Both the position numbers and the translations under genes were made by a program. This document shows positions 20,031 through 30,649 of a DNA stretch of 64,000 bases, piece after piece. Every line of letters begins with the position of its first letter. The stretch's first letter is position 1. The DNA comes from Gemmatales bacterium (GTDB taxonomy: Bacteria > Planctomycetota > Planctomycetia > Gemmatales > HRBIN36). The DNA lies in assembly GCA_041640595.1 (NCBI GenBank), contig JBEPZY010000006.1, positions 64,001 through 128,000 of the forward strand, read 5' to 3'. Below the pieces are notes generated by a model. That model saw nothing but the letters and a program-made list of their open reading frames with translations. It did not search any database and was not told the DNA's origin.

Positions 20031-20984
20031 ATGCACAGGGTTCGACGGCACCGGGGCATGCACGGCTTCACGCTGATCGAGTTGCTGGTGGTCATCGCCA
20101 TTATTGGGCTGCTGATGGCGCTATTGCTACCGGCAATTCAGCGTGTCCGCGAGGCAGCCAACCGAATGCGCTGCAGTAACAATCTCAAGCAAATCGGCAT
20201 CGCCCTGCACAATTACCACAACGATTACAACTCCTTCCCGCCGGGTGGTGTAACCGAAGGATGTTGTTGCAGCACCCGGAGTGGTATCACCTGGACAATA
20301 GCCATCCTACCCTACATGGAACAGGATGCCCTGTACAAGCAGTACAATCAAAACGCGTTCAATGAGGACACTGTTAATGCACCAGTAGTGCAGGCGCTGG
20401 TCAAACCGTATTACACCTGCCCCTCCGATATCGAAACCGACCGGCTGGACTTTCCGGAAAGCGGGCCAGGTTCCGGGTTACTTTATCGTCGGGGTTCGTA
20501 CCGTGCAGTTTCCGGAGGTAGCGATGGATTGGCCTGGTTCGACGATTGCTGCAACAACCTGCCGGTGAATTGGCGCGGTGCGATGCACTCTACCTGCCAG
20601 ATGCGCAATCTGACTACCGAACGGCTCGACGATATCCAGGATGGGACATCGAACACCATCATTGTGGGCGAATATACCAACCGCGATCGCCCTCGTCGCC
20701 GCACTTTCTGGGCTTACACCTACACTTCGTACAATCAATCTTCCATCACCCAGAATCAATCTCGCATGTTGATGAACGAATATAACCGTTGCGCTGCGGT
20801 AGGCGGCACCGGCGGTGACAATCCCTGCAAGCGCGGTTTTGCCAGCATGCACGCGGGTGGAGTCATCAATTTCCTGTTCGGCGACGGTCGCGTCTTGCCC
20901 ATCCGCACCACAGTGGACATCAACTTGCTGTTCGCCCTGGCCACCATCCAGAACGGGGAAATGATCAACCTGGGCGGACTCTAA
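20031..20984 (+). CDS. DUF1559 prepilin-type protein
   Basis: [15 protein letters not shown]-methylation motif, [15 protein letters not shown] and C-terminal H-X9/10-DG. Confidence 0.95.
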   Translation: MHRVRRHRGMHGFTLIELLVVIAIIGLLMALLLPAIQRVREAANRMRCSNNLKQIGIALHNYHNDYNSFPPGGVTEGCCCSTRSGITWTIAILPYMEQDALYKQYNQNAFNEDTVNAPVVQALVKPYYTCPSDIETDRLDFPESGPGSGLLYRRGSYRAVSGGSDGLAWFDDCCNNLPVNWRGAMHSTCQMRNLTTERLDDIQDGTSNTIIVGEYTNRDRPRRRTFWAYTYTSYNQSSITQNQSRMLMNEYNRCAAVGGTGGDNPCKRGFASMHAGGVINFLFGDGRVLPIRTTVDINLLFALATIQNGEMINLGGL

Positions 20985-21038
20985 ACCAGCGGACGCAGTG
21001 CGTCGCGGATTATACGGCTGCTTTGGGGAGAACAAGTC

Positions 21039-21455
21039 ATGCGCAGGGCAGTGATATTGCTGGCTGGTGGCGCGGCGCTCATCCTGGCCGGTTGCGGCAA
21101 GGCATCCAACATTGTGCCGGTTTCCGGTCGCGTCACTATGGACGGCCAACCGCTCGCCGAGGCACGCGTGACATTCCAGCCTATCGGCGATTGGCAGAAC
21201 CCGTACCCCGGCCCGGCTTCCTATGGCGTAACGGACAGCAATGGCTATTTCACGCTGAGTCTGATGGATTCGGGGCAGTCGGGAGCGATGGTCGGCAAAC
21301 ATCGGGTCACCATTACGCCCAAGGAATCCGCGGTAACCAGTTCCGACGCCGGTTATTACAACGCCTTGCCCCCAGCGCAGCAGCCGCAAACCGTGGAATT
21401 CGAGGTTCCGCCGGGAGGTACCCAGAGCGCCAATTTTGACCTCAAAAGTCAGTGA
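21039..21455 (+). CDS. Planctomycete lipoprotein (carboxypeptidase-regulatory-like beta sandwich), usual DUF1559 partner
   Basis: Lipobox LAGC; VSGRVT.DG.PL; TDSNG.F.L; GA.VG.HRV. Confidence 0.85.
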   Translation: MRRAVILLAGGAALILAGCGKASNIVPVSGRVTMDGQPLAEARVTFQPIGDWQNPYPGPASYGVTDSNGYFTLSLMDSGQSGAMVGKHRVTITPKESAVTSSDAGYYNALPPAQQPQTVEFEVPPGGTQSANFDLKSQ

Positions 21456-21694
21456 TTCGACCAACAGCTTGGAAAGGGCTTGTGTAACAGCGATCGGCTG
21501 GTCGCCCTCGCAATAAGTCGCGGCCTCACCGCGCCAGAGCCCTAGCCGATACCAGTAGCGGGCTGATGGGCAACGGCTGATGCGATTCGTTTATCGGCCT
21601 AAATCACATGGTCCGCGCGTTGCCACTCAATTGCCTGGCTCGCGTGTTTTCATTGCCACGGCGAGCTGACATCGGCCGCTGAACAAGCACGAAT

Positions 21695-23533
21695 TTATCG
21701 AAGTTCGGCCTGCAACTTGACTTTCTTTTCGCCGCGTTCCACCGTGATCTCGATTTTGTCGCCGGCTTTGAAACTGGCCATCACCGCCATGTACGCGGTC
21801 AGGTTCGGCACCGGTTTGCCAGCAATTTCCACGATACGATCGCCGCGCTGCAAGCCTGCTTTGGCTGCCGGCGTATCCGGCACAACATCTTCAACGAGCA
21901 CGCCCGGTTTATTGTCGTCGTAATTGGGCATGATTCCCAGACGTGGCCCGCGTAACGGCGTAGCACCCGGCTTCGCCGGGGCTGCCACGGCAACATATTC
22001 CGGACGGGGCTGCATAGTGCTCAGCGTGGCAATCAATTCTTCCCCCATATCCACAATGCGACGAATGCCAGCTACGTTGATCGTATCCACGGTATCGGTG
22101 GGACGATGGTACTGGGCATGTGTCCCGGTGAAGAAATGGAATACCGGAATTTTGCGACTGTAAAAGGAAGCGTGGTCGCTCGGCCCGAAGCCGCTTGGTA
22201 CCTTGCCGATCTGGAAACCGTGCTTTTTCCCCAGCTCATCAATCAGCTTATCGAAACCCTTGGCAGTGCCGGTACCGTACACTGTCAACTTGTCGTCGCG
22301 CAATCGGCCTACCATGTCGAAATTAACCATGACCGCGGTCTTTTCGAGCGGGAAGATGGGATTGTTGCAGTAGTGGCGTGAGCCGAGCAATCCCTGCTCC
22401 TCGCCGGAAAAGAAAATGAAGACCAGCCGTCGGCCCTGTCGGTCGCGCATCTCGGCAAATCGGCGGGCCAGCTCCAGAACCGCTACTGTTCCGGAGGCAT
22501 TGTCGTCAGCGCCATAGTGAATCGCTTTGACTCCGCGGGCCAGACTGGCACGCTCTCCGTAACCGAGGTGATCGTAATGGGCCCCGATGACCACCGTTTC
22601 GTCGGCGAGTGGCCCTTTGCCTTCCAGAACGCCAATGACGTTTTTCAAAGTGATGTATTCGCGTTCCACTTCCGTTTGCAATTCCACCTGCCAACCGCGG
22701 ATAGGAAACGACTGCGGTCGTGCTTCGCGGCTCATGGCCGCTTCGAGGTCGCCAAGACGGTGACCGACACTGGCGAGCAGTCGATCTACCACCTCACGTT
22801 TGACATGGAGTACGGGCAACGAGGCAGGTTCGCGGCTCTGGGAGGTGTATTCAAAAGGCATCAGCTCATCCTTGTTCTGCGCTGCCAGAGGTGCGTCGTT
22901 GACAAACAGTACCGCAGCCGCTTTTCGCAGCGCTGCGTTGGCTGCTTTCGTCTGCAATGCTGCTGCCGGGTGATTGTTTCCGCCTGGGAAGATAGCCGCT
23001 TCCCCGTGGTCAACACGAGGCAACCGGCGCAGGATAACGACCACTTTGCCAGTCACGTCCACTCCTGCGAAATCGTCCCAGGCTGGCTGATTCGAAACCA
23101 CGCCGAATCCCGCAAACACGACTTCACCTTTTACATGCCCGGAACTGCCGAAACCGACAACCTGATAATGCTTGCCACGTTCCAGGATAAACCGCTGACC
23201 TTGCGGCCCGTGCAAAAGCAAACGTTGCGTCGGCCCAAGCTTTGCCTGACCAACCACGCGGAAGGGTTGGAAGTAGCCGGTCTCCTGGCTGATCGGTTTC
23301 AGTCCCAGGCGTTGCAGTTCGGCGGCAAGATAATCCGCAGCGCGATTAATGCCCTTGGTGAAAATGCCGCGGCCTTCACATTCGTCCCCGGCCAGGAATT
23401 TCAGGTCGGCGAGAATGCGACTTTCGACCGTCGCAGCATCCCGTCCTGATACCAGCGCCAGCCAGCACAACACTGCCAGTGCAGCCATGCTCAGTTGCCA
23501 GATACGGCCGGGTCGTTTAGTTTCCTCTCGCAT
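21695..23533 (-). CDS. M28-family aminopeptidase with PA and PDZ domains
   Basis: GAHYDH, GADDNASG, GEEQGLLGS, SDH and YH.P.D motifs; C-terminal PDZ (LGIMP). Confidence 0.93.
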   Translation of the reverse strand: MREETKRPGRIWQLSMAALAVLCWLALVSGRDAATVESRILADLKFLAGDECEGRGIFTKGINRAADYLAAELQRLGLKPISQETGYFQPFRVVGQAKLGPTQRLLLHGPQGQRFILERGKHYQVVGFGSSGHVKGEVVFAGFGVVSNQPAWDDFAGVDVTGKVVVILRRLPRVDHGEAAIFPGGNNHPAAALQTKAANAALRKAAAVLFVNDAPLAAQNKDELMPFEYTSQSREPASLPVLHVKREVVDRLLASVGHRLGDLEAAMSREARPQSFPIRGWQVELQTEVEREYITLKNVIGVLEGKGPLADETVVIGAHYDHLGYGERASLARGVKAIHYGADDNASGTVAVLELARRFAEMRDRQGRRLVFIFFSGEEQGLLGSRHYCNNPIFPLEKTAVMVNFDMVGRLRDDKLTVYGTGTAKGFDKLIDELGKKHGFQIGKVPSGFGPSDHASFYSRKIPVFHFFTGTHAQYHRPTDTVDTINVAGIRRIVDMGEELIATLSTMQPRPEYVAVAAPAKPGATPLRGPRLGIMPNYDDNKPGVLVEDVVPDTPAAKAGLQRGDRIVEIAGKPVPNLTAYMAVMASFKAGDKIEITVERGEKKVKLQAELR

Positions 23534-23722
23534 AGGCGCCTCCGGAAGTTTGGGAAATTAGCTTGCCAATTTGTCAGGGCCGCGCGTTTACTGCCGGGCT
23601 ACCGTTGCCGCTGGAAACAGGCAACCGGTGCTCCAGGACGCAGGCATTGTATCTTAGTGGAAAGACGACTGACTCAGGTGTGGCCAACAAAACCGCGACA
23701 GGTTCACACTCGAAAAGGCCGC

Positions 23723-24898
23723 TCACATCTGACACCAATCCGGATGGGGCTGGGAGTGGATCGTAGGTGGGGATGATTGCAGCCGATGAATTTCCGTCAG
23801 CACCGAACGGATAGCATCGCGATTTTCGAGAACCTCGATACGCAACCAGGTGCGATACCGACCATGCGGTGGTAGCTGGATCACGCGACCGTGCTGGCGT
23901 TCAAAACTTTTGAAATTGGGAAAATTCGTCGCCGGTTCCAGCCCCGTGACATAGCCATCTTCGACCGCCGCTGTGTTTTTCCAGACAATGAAGCGAGGCA
24001 GCTGGGCGATACGAAACCGTAAGACCACTCCCCGCTCCTCGCTGCAATTGTGCAATAATGCGAGTGTGCCGCCGTCGGAATCGGCAAACAGCTCAGTGAA
24101 GTAAACCTGCTCAACAAAACCAGCGGTTGGCCCGGTATAGCTATCCCAGCTGGCGATGCCCTCCGCAGCACGAACATTGCGCGGGGCGAGTTCCCGCACG
24201 GGGGCAATAATCCGACTACCGTTCTCCAAAAAAGGCGGGCCAAAATTGCAATGGTATAACAACTCCAGTTCGGCTGGTTTGGGGCTCAGGTTGACTATTT
24301 CGTCCTCAATTTCCAACCAGTTGGCGGCCACCGCAGTGCGAATGGTGCTGCGTAACTCCAGATGCGTGAAAAATAATGTCGCCTCCTGAACCCGACCATG
24401 CACTTCCAGCCAGTACGGTGGCTGGGAACTCACCTGTACCGCAAGATAATGGGCGGGCTGGTTGGCGATCCGTCCGTGCAACGGGAGAAACTCCCCGGTC
24501 TGCGGATCGTGTCCTGGTGGGCCATTCGAATGCAGTCCGCAGCGACAAATCCATTCATCGAAACCGTCCAGCCAGCCCAGACCACCCCGGTCGAGTAAGT
24601 TCACCCACTGCGGATGTACTGGTCCGCGAATGGGAGCCTGCCAGCCCAAACGCAGACCGCGATACTCACCCCGCCACAGACCCATTCCGCGTGTCGGTAA
24701 GATGCACACCGTCAAAGCGCCATTGTGTACCTCAACAAGTTCCACGCCATCGCGCCGACCGCCACGCAACGTGCGTTTGTTCACAAACCACGAAGCCGGG
24801 AACGGCGTCGTGGGAAAATCGCCCGAACTCACATGAAAGCGCTCCGTCCACAAATCGGCCGAGACATCCGTCAGCAACCAGCGTTGCGTATCTGCCAT
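23723..24898 (-). CDS. DUF4432 / aldose-1-epimerase-like protein
   Basis: LPTRGMG, LPLHGRI, LYHCNFG and YVTGLEP motifs; start taken at MADTQRW. Confidence 0.85.
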   Translation of the reverse strand: MADTQRWLLTDVSADLWTERFHVSSGDFPTTPFPASWFVNKRTLRGGRRDGVELVEVHNGALTVCILPTRGMGLWRGEYRGLRLGWQAPIRGPVHPQWVNLLDRGGLGWLDGFDEWICRCGLHSNGPPGHDPQTGEFLPLHGRIANQPAHYLAVQVSSQPPYWLEVHGRVQEATLFFTHLELRSTIRTAVAANWLEIEDEIVNLSPKPAELELLYHCNFGPPFLENGSRIIAPVRELAPRNVRAAEGIASWDSYTGPTAGFVEQVYFTELFADSDGGTLALLHNCSEERGVVLRFRIAQLPRFIVWKNTAAVEDGYVTGLEPATNFPNFKSFERQHGRVIQLPPHGRYRTWLRIEVLENRDAIRSVLTEIHRLQSSPPTIHSQPHPDWCQM

Positions 24899-24944
24899 GC
24901 CGGGCTCCCCATCAGTGATAGCGAATCGCTCGATCGTTGCCGCC

Positions 24945-25886
24945 TCAAACGGCGTTCTCGGTCTCAAAGACGCCTCGCACCAGTTCCAGATCGCGAGCAA
25001 TCTGGTGGCAAAGTGCTTCCGCGGAGTCAAAGCGTTGCACATCGCGAAGGCGTTGCAGAAATTGTACCGTTAACGAAGCACCGTACAATTCGCCGCGGAA
25101 ACCGACCAGGAACACCTCCAGCTTGCGTTCCTGCGTGTCGAAGGTAGGATTAGGACCAACGTGGACAGCGGCCGGGTAACGCTGACCACGCCAGCAAACC
25201 GCCCCAGCATACACGCCTTCGCCCGGTATCAGTGTGCTCACTTCCATCAGATTGGCGGTGGGAAACCCCAGATCGCGACCACGACCGGCACCCGAACCCA
25301 CTTTACCGGAGACGGCGTATGGCCTGCCCAGCCAGCGTCGAGCACCGACCACATCTCCCGATAACAGAGCCCGGCGGATACGACTGCTACAGACTATTTC
25401 CCCATCGTCAACCACGGGAGGTACCACGTCGGCCAGCAAACTGTGCCGAACACACCAGCGAACCAGCAGTTCCGCATTGCCCCGGCGACCTCGCCCAAAA
25501 GTGAAACTCGGACCCTCCACCAGGCCCCGTGCGGCGAAGCGGTTCCGCACCACTTCCTGCAAGAATTGCTCCGGCTCTAACTCCAGCAGCGACCAGTCGG
25601 TCTGGAGCACCACGACATGGTCAATCTCCAGCGCGATCATCCGCCTGACACGCTCGGCCACCGTGGTCAGTAGCGGTTCTGCTGTTTGTGGCCGAAGCAA
25701 GGTCCGCGGATGGGGATCGAATGTAATCACCGTGGCGGGAACCCGCTGCCGCTGTGCATGTGCCCGCAATCGTCGCAACAGACTCTGATGACCTCGATGG
25801 ACACCGTCAAAGTTTCCGATGCTGATGATGCTATCATGCACCGCGGTCGGAATTTCCTCACGCCAGTGCAGATGCCAGGTAGCCAT
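24945..25886 (-). CDS. ribF: Bifunctional riboflavin kinase / FAD synthetase
   Basis: GNFDGVHRGH, SSRIR, GR.LGFPTAN and GVYA motifs. Confidence 0.96.
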   Translation of the reverse strand: MATWHLHWREEIPTAVHDSIISIGNFDGVHRGHQSLLRRLRAHAQRQRVPATVITFDPHPRTLLRPQTAEPLLTTVAERVRRMIALEIDHVVVLQTDWSLLELEPEQFLQEVVRNRFAARGLVEGPSFTFGRGRRGNAELLVRWCVRHSLLADVVPPVVDDGEIVCSSRIRRALLSGDVVGARRWLGRPYAVSGKVGSGAGRGRDLGFPTANLMEVSTLIPGEGVYAGAVCWRGQRYPAAVHVGPNPTFDTQERKLEVFLVGFRGELYGASLTVQFLQRLRDVQRFDSAEALCHQIARDLELVRGVFETENAV

Positions 25887-26036
25887 AGTCTCCCTCGGTA
25901 CTCAGGCTCAGGAAAAAGCACGGGCGACCGCTCTCGGTCGCCCGACATTGCTGGCACATTCAATGTAGCAGAACAACCGAAGACCGGCTTGCCGAACAAT
26001 TCCAGGTTCGCAACAGGTTGCCAGCAGTTCGCTCGG

Positions 26037-26780
26037 CTACCAGGAGTTCGCCCGTCGGTAGTAAGAGCGATAATCCGAACGCTGGCCGAACACAAAAACC
26101 AATCCCGCACCTGCCAGAAAACCACCGATATGGGCACCGTATGCCACACCGCCGCCCATATCGATCCCGGCCATGATGAGCTGATAAATAAACCACACTC
26201 CTAACGCCACCCAGGCCGGTAGTGTTACCACTGCCCGGAAAAGGATTCCTGTAACCTGGCTATTCGGAAACAATACCATATACCCTCCCAGCACGCCCGA
26301 TATCGCCCCGCTGGCACCTAGAGTCGGTATATAGCGATACGGAGCCTCGGTATTCAAAAGTATGTGGACCACATCAGCAAGAATGCCACAAGTTAGATAG
26401 TAGAACAGATACCTTACCCGCCCCATGGCATCTTCCAAGTTATCACCGAATATCCACAAAAAGAGCATATTCCCTAATAGATGCAGCCAGTTGCCGTGCA
26501 GGAACATACTTGTCAAGAGCGTAAGGTAAATGGGCTTCGGTCCAGGCTCATGCGGAATGGTGATCCGCTCGCCCCAAGGACCGCCTCTTTCAGAAACTAC
26601 GACAGGATGAACTAAATCCTTACCGGTTAGAATCTCATGCGGTACCATGCTTAGACTATAGGTAATTGCGGAGGAAGTAAGTTGCAGCAGGAACATCAAA
26701 ACGTTGATAATAATTAGCGACCAGTTTACCACCGGAAATAAAGCACCGGGACGGTTTTCGTCGCGCAAAGGGATGAACAT
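26037..26780 (-). CDS. Rhomboid intramembrane serine protease
   Basis: HL.GNM, GASGA and AHIGG motifs. Confidence 0.94.
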   Translation of the reverse strand: MFIPLRDENRPGALFPVVNWSLIIINVLMFLLQLTSSAITYSLSMVPHEILTGKDLVHPVVVSERGGPWGERITIPHEPGPKPIYLTLLTSMFLHGNWLHLLGNMLFLWIFGDNLEDAMGRVRYLFYYLTCGILADVVHILLNTEAPYRYIPTLGASGAISGVLGGYMVLFPNSQVTGILFRAVVTLPAWVALGVWFIYQLIMAGIDMGGGVAYGAHIGGFLAGAGLVFVFGQRSDYRSYYRRANSW

Positions 26781-26851
26781 GGCGAATCTCCCTAAAGCGT
26801 TTATCGCGCCAGTGGCTGATTTGTAGGGCTCAGCACTTGATACTCTTTCTC

Positions 26852-27979
26852 CTAAATGATAAGCATAGCGTCGCCGTAACTATAAAAGCGATAGCGCTGG
26901 CGGATGGCCTCTTGATAAGCTCGCTGGATCAGCTCTAAGCCTGCGAAAGCGCTGACCAGAACTAATAACGAGCTGCGTGGTAGATGGAAATTGGTCATCA
27001 GGACATCTACCGCACGGAAAGTGAAAGGTGGGCGAATATAGAGGTGGGTTTCGCCGCACCAGGCGCGGATCGGCCCGGTTTGGGCTACGGTTTCTAAGGT
27101 TCGCACCGTGGTGGTACCCACTGCTACTACCCGTCCGCCGCGTTGCCGGCATTGTTGTATTTGCTGGGCTGTCTCTTCGCTTATCTGACACCATTCCGCG
27201 TGCATCTGGTGGCGGGCTGCATCGGTGACTGTGATCGGTTGAAAGGTGCCAACACCAACATGAAGGGTCACATAAGCAATGTCAATACCCCGTTCCTTCA
27301 GGCGATCGAATAAGCGTGGGGTAAAATGCAATCCCGCCGTCGGCGCTGCCACTGAACCAGGCTGCTGAGCGTAGATGGTTTGATAACGCTCACGGTCTTC
27401 CGGGCGATCACGCCCCTGGCGAATATATGGAGGCAAAGGGACATGCCCATAGATGGCCAGCAATTCTTCAGGCGGAGCATCTAAGTTCGGTCGGCAGAGC
27501 CAGTGCCCGTCTGGAGTGCGACCCTCTAATGTCAGAATCAAGGGTTCACGCTTGTCTTCGGCTAAGCAGGGCGCGATCACGAATTGCTCGCCAACTTGTG
27601 GTTTGCCACGGGTTTGTGCTAAGAGTTCCCATCGGCCATCCGGATAGCGACGCAGGAATAGTCCCTCCCAACGCCCGCCGGTCTTGCCCCGAACACCGTA
27701 CAGGCGAGCCGGGATCACTTTGGTGTTGTTCAACACTAATAAATCTCCCGGACGTAAAATGTTCGGCAGTTCATAAACATGGCGATGTTCCCAGGTACCG
27801 GTTCGACGATCCAGCACCAGCAAGCGAGCCTGGTCGCGCTCAGGTAATGGCTCCTGAGCGATTAGTTCCTGTGGCAAATCGTAATCGAACCACTCCAGAG
27901 GCAGGCTTTCCCCTGATTCGGAGCGATCGGTAAAGGCTGAGCGCGACTCAGCCGCCGTTACTTGAAACCCTTCAACCAT
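26852..27979 (-). CDS. queA: SAM:tRNA ribosyltransferase-isomerase (start uncertain)
   Basis: FDYDLP..LIAQ, LPPYI, AAPTAGLHF and YRFYSYGDAM motifs. Confidence 0.96.
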   Translation of the reverse strand: MVEGFQVTAAESRSAFTDRSESGESLPLEWFDYDLPQELIAQEPLPERDQARLLVLDRRTGTWEHRHVYELPNILRPGDLLVLNNTKVIPARLYGVRGKTGGRWEGLFLRRYPDGRWELLAQTRGKPQVGEQFVIAPCLAEDKREPLILTLEGRTPDGHWLCRPNLDAPPEELLAIYGHVPLPPYIRQGRDRPEDRERYQTIYAQQPGSVAAPTAGLHFTPRLFDRLKERGIDIAYVTLHVGVGTFQPITVTDAARHQMHAEWCQISEETAQQIQQCRQRGGRVVAVGTTTVRTLETVAQTGPIRAWCGETHLYIRPPFTFRAVDVLMTNFHLPRSSLLVLVSAFAGLELIQRAYQEAIRQRYRFYSYGDAMLII

Positions 27980-28554
27980 TCGTCGAACCCCTTTTGATGC
28001 TTCGTTACGGTTACTTCTGGCCCGACCAGGCGAATAAAATAAGGCCCTTTTGGCGAGCGGAAAATGACACTAATCATGCGATGGTCTTTGCGTGGCTCGG
28101 CTTTAGGCGCAGCCGGGAAAGGACGGAACAAATACGTACCACGGATGTCCACATACACCACCGGCACTTCACCGACTTTAAATTCCGTGACCTTAGTAAC
28201 CTCGTCTATAGTTTTGCCTTCCGGAGGCTGAAACATGTTTTTCCAGCGCTTGATATTTTCGTCCACGCCCCCACCGCCGCCTTCTCCGAAATAAAAAATG
28301 ACCAGTTCAGCCTCTAAATCAGGTTTCTCGCCTGGCAGGCGAAACACCTTGTAACGGAATTGCTGATTAGTAGGCACCTCTTTCCAGTCGGCGGGGGTGC
28401 GGGATTGCAAGCCGTCCAGTTCGACGACTGTTCCAGCATTTTGTCCATGCCCTGCGGAGACGGCCGGCTTCCCTTCCATGCAGCCGGACGTGCCCAAGGC
28501 AATGATCGCAACGACTGCCGCCAGAAAGTGTCCACGCCAATATCCCGCTTGCAT
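27958..28554 (-). CDS. Conserved hypothetical lipoprotein
   Basis: Signal ending TSGC; GGGVDENIKRW..QF-like motif seen in planctomycete exported proteins. Confidence 0.7.
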   Translation of the reverse strand: MQAGYWRGHFLAAVVAIIALGTSGCMEGKPAVSAGHGQNAGTVVELDGLQSRTPADWKEVPTNQQFRYKVFRLPGEKPDLEAELVIFYFGEGGGGGVDENIKRWKNMFQPPEGKTIDEVTKVTEFKVGEVPVVYVDIRGTYLFRPFPAAPKAEPRKDHRMISVIFRSPKGPYFIRLVGPEVTVTKHQKGFDEWLKGFK

Positions 28555-28644
28555 AGTTTTTCTCCTCTAAGATTTGGGAAACCCGCTCCAGCAAGCCACT
28601 CGTTGCTATTTTAGACGCTTTTGCCGTGGTTCGACCTTTGAAAA

Positions 28645-29802
28645 TCACGCTGGCCGACTGGCCTGGCGTTTTTGCCAGTCCTCGACAAAGAGATTGAAAT
28701 GGCCATAGTTCGGCGGATGAGCCTGGATGACGTCCAGGTTCAGGGTCACGCCCAGACCGGGCCCATTCGGTAACGGGAAATAACCATCCACGACTGGCGG
28801 ACAACCGCTGGCACATTGCCGCGTGTGCGGTTCGGTGAAATCGTTGAAGTGTTCCTGAATCTTGAAGTTGGTGGTGCAGGCAGCGAAATGCAGAGCGGTC
28901 GCTGTTGCAACCGGGCCGGCCACGTTATGAGGGGCGACGGTCATGTAATACATATCAGCCATAGCCGCGATCTTTTTCGTTTCCAGCAAGCCGCAGCATT
29001 CGGTGATGTCCGGCTGAATAATATCGCAGGCCTGGCGTTCGAACAGTTCGCGGAATTCATACTTATGATGCAGTCGTTCTCCCGTGGCCACCGGAATGCG
29101 AACCTGCTGAGCGACTTTGGCCAGGGCAGCGATGTTATCCGCAGGCACCGGTTCTTCGATCCAGGTTGGATCGAAAGGTTCCAGCTCCCGAGCGATGCGG
29201 ATCGCTGTCGCCGGGCTAAATCGCCCATGCATTTCGATCAGCAATTCAACGTCTGGCCCAACCGCGGCCCGTACTGCTTCCACCAGGCTGATGCTCAGTA
29301 ACCTCTCTTTCCGCTCCAGTTCGTACCAGCCCGGACCAAACGGATCGAATTTCAGTGCGCGATATCCTTTAGCAACCGCAGCTTTCGCAGCTTCGGCAAA
29401 AGCGTCGGGAGTACGCGGCACCTGATACCAGCCATTGGCGTAGGCTTTGATGCGGTCGCGCACGGCACCACCGAGCAATTCGTAAACGGCTCGATTCGTC
29501 GCTTTGCCGATGATGTCCCAACAGGCAATTTCTACCAGCGCAATGGCCGTCGCCACTATTTGCCCGACGCGGCCATAATCATCGCGAAACATCCGCAGCA
29601 CGGTCTGTTCGATGCGAAACGGATCGTTGCCGAGAATGTAACGATTCTTTGCTTCCTCCAAGTAGCCCAGCAGCGCCTGGGTACGGTTAGAAATTCGAGC
29701 TTCGCTCACCCCCACCAACCCCTCGTCGGTGGTTAGTTGCAGGAAAGTGAGGTTTCTCCAGGCGCTGCCCATGACCCACACCTGCATCTGGCTGATGCGC
29801 AT
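28645..29802 (-). CDS. Mandelate racemase / enolase-superfamily dehydratase (DgoD-like)
   Basis: WDI.GK, YANGW, K.DPFG, IEEP, GER, QPD and APHN motifs. Confidence 0.9.
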   Translation of the reverse strand: MRISQMQVWVMGSAWRNLTFLQLTTDEGLVGVSEARISNRTQALLGYLEEAKNRYILGNDPFRIEQTVLRMFRDDYGRVGQIVATAIALVEIACWDIIGKATNRAVYELLGGAVRDRIKAYANGWYQVPRTPDAFAEAAKAAVAKGYRALKFDPFGPGWYELERKERLLSISLVEAVRAAVGPDVELLIEMHGRFSPATAIRIARELEPFDPTWIEEPVPADNIAALAKVAQQVRIPVATGERLHHKYEFRELFERQACDIIQPDITECCGLLETKKIAAMADMYYMTVAPHNVAGPVATATALHFAACTTNFKIQEHFNDFTEPHTRQCASGCPPVVDGYFPLPNGPGLGVTLNLDVIQAHPPNYGHFNLFVEDWQKRQASRPA

Positions 29803-29930
29803 GATCCTTCCTCTCCTGGTAGCGACCTGACGGCAGGCAGCTTTTCCGATATCCTGACCGGTGCTCGCAAGAAGCTCCGCTTGTTTTATGACTACCCTTA
29901 CGAACTGACGAGTCGGTCCGGGCTAATGCT

Positions 29931-30617
29931 ATGCCAGCCCCGCTTACTGTGGAACCGCTTGGCGACCAGGGCGTGCTTTTAGTTTTCGCTGCCGAAGGGC
30001 ACGCTCAAGGATTTGCTCGCACGTTACTTCAACGCCGCCCGGATTGGTTGACCGACCTGGTCGTGGCTTATCACAGCGTCGCCGTGTTCTACAATCTGGA
30101 AAAAGTCAGTTACCAAACCGTTGCCGATACATTGCGCTTCTGGCCCGCCGAATCCGCAGAAACTCGCGGTCGGCTGTACGAAATTCCGTGCTGTTATGAC
30201 CTCGGGCCGGACCTGGCACGGGTCGCGGAATTATGTCAGCGCAGTGTCAGCGAATTCGTGGCTCTGCATAGCGGCCCGATCTACACGGTTTATGCGATAG
30301 GCTTTGTGCCGGGCTTCCCTTACCTGGGCTATTTGCCAGAGCGCATAGCCGGAGTGCCACGGTTGGCCTCACCACGCCCACGAGTAGAACCCGGAAGCGT
30401 AGGCGTTGCTGGTCGGCAAACCGGAATTTATCCCTCAGCGGTGCCCGGTGGCTGGCATTTGATTGGCCGCACACCACTCGTCATTGCCGACCTGGAGGGC
30501 GAGTTTTTCCCCTTGCAAGTCGGCGACCGTGTTCGCTTTCGGCCGATCTCCGTCGAAGAATTTCGCCATCTCTCCGGCCAGCGACTGGATGAACGCTGGC
30601 TCGTCGTCGGCGAGTAA
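29931..30617 (+). CDS. pxpB: 5-oxoprolinase subunit B / KipI family
   Basis: PLGD, GFVPGFPYL and TGIYP...PGGW.LIGRT motifs. Confidence 0.9.
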   Translation: MPAPLTVEPLGDQGVLLVFAAEGHAQGFARTLLQRRPDWLTDLVVAYHSVAVFYNLEKVSYQTVADTLRFWPAESAETRGRLYEIPCCYDLGPDLARVAELCQRSVSEFVALHSGPIYTVYAIGFVPGFPYLGYLPERIAGVPRLASPRPRVEPGSVGVAGRQTGIYPSAVPGGWHLIGRTPLVIADLEGEFFPLQVGDRVRFRPISVEEFRHLSGQRLDERWLVVGE

Positions 30618-30649
30618 TCTGCCGCTATCCCCCGGGTAATAAGGAAAAC

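Noticed and set aside
26037..26800. Apparently more AT-rich stretch (rhomboid gene; similarly the AlgE-like gene) as horizontal transfer
   Set aside because: Judged by eye only, partly explained by amino-acid composition, and no mobility genes or flanking repeats
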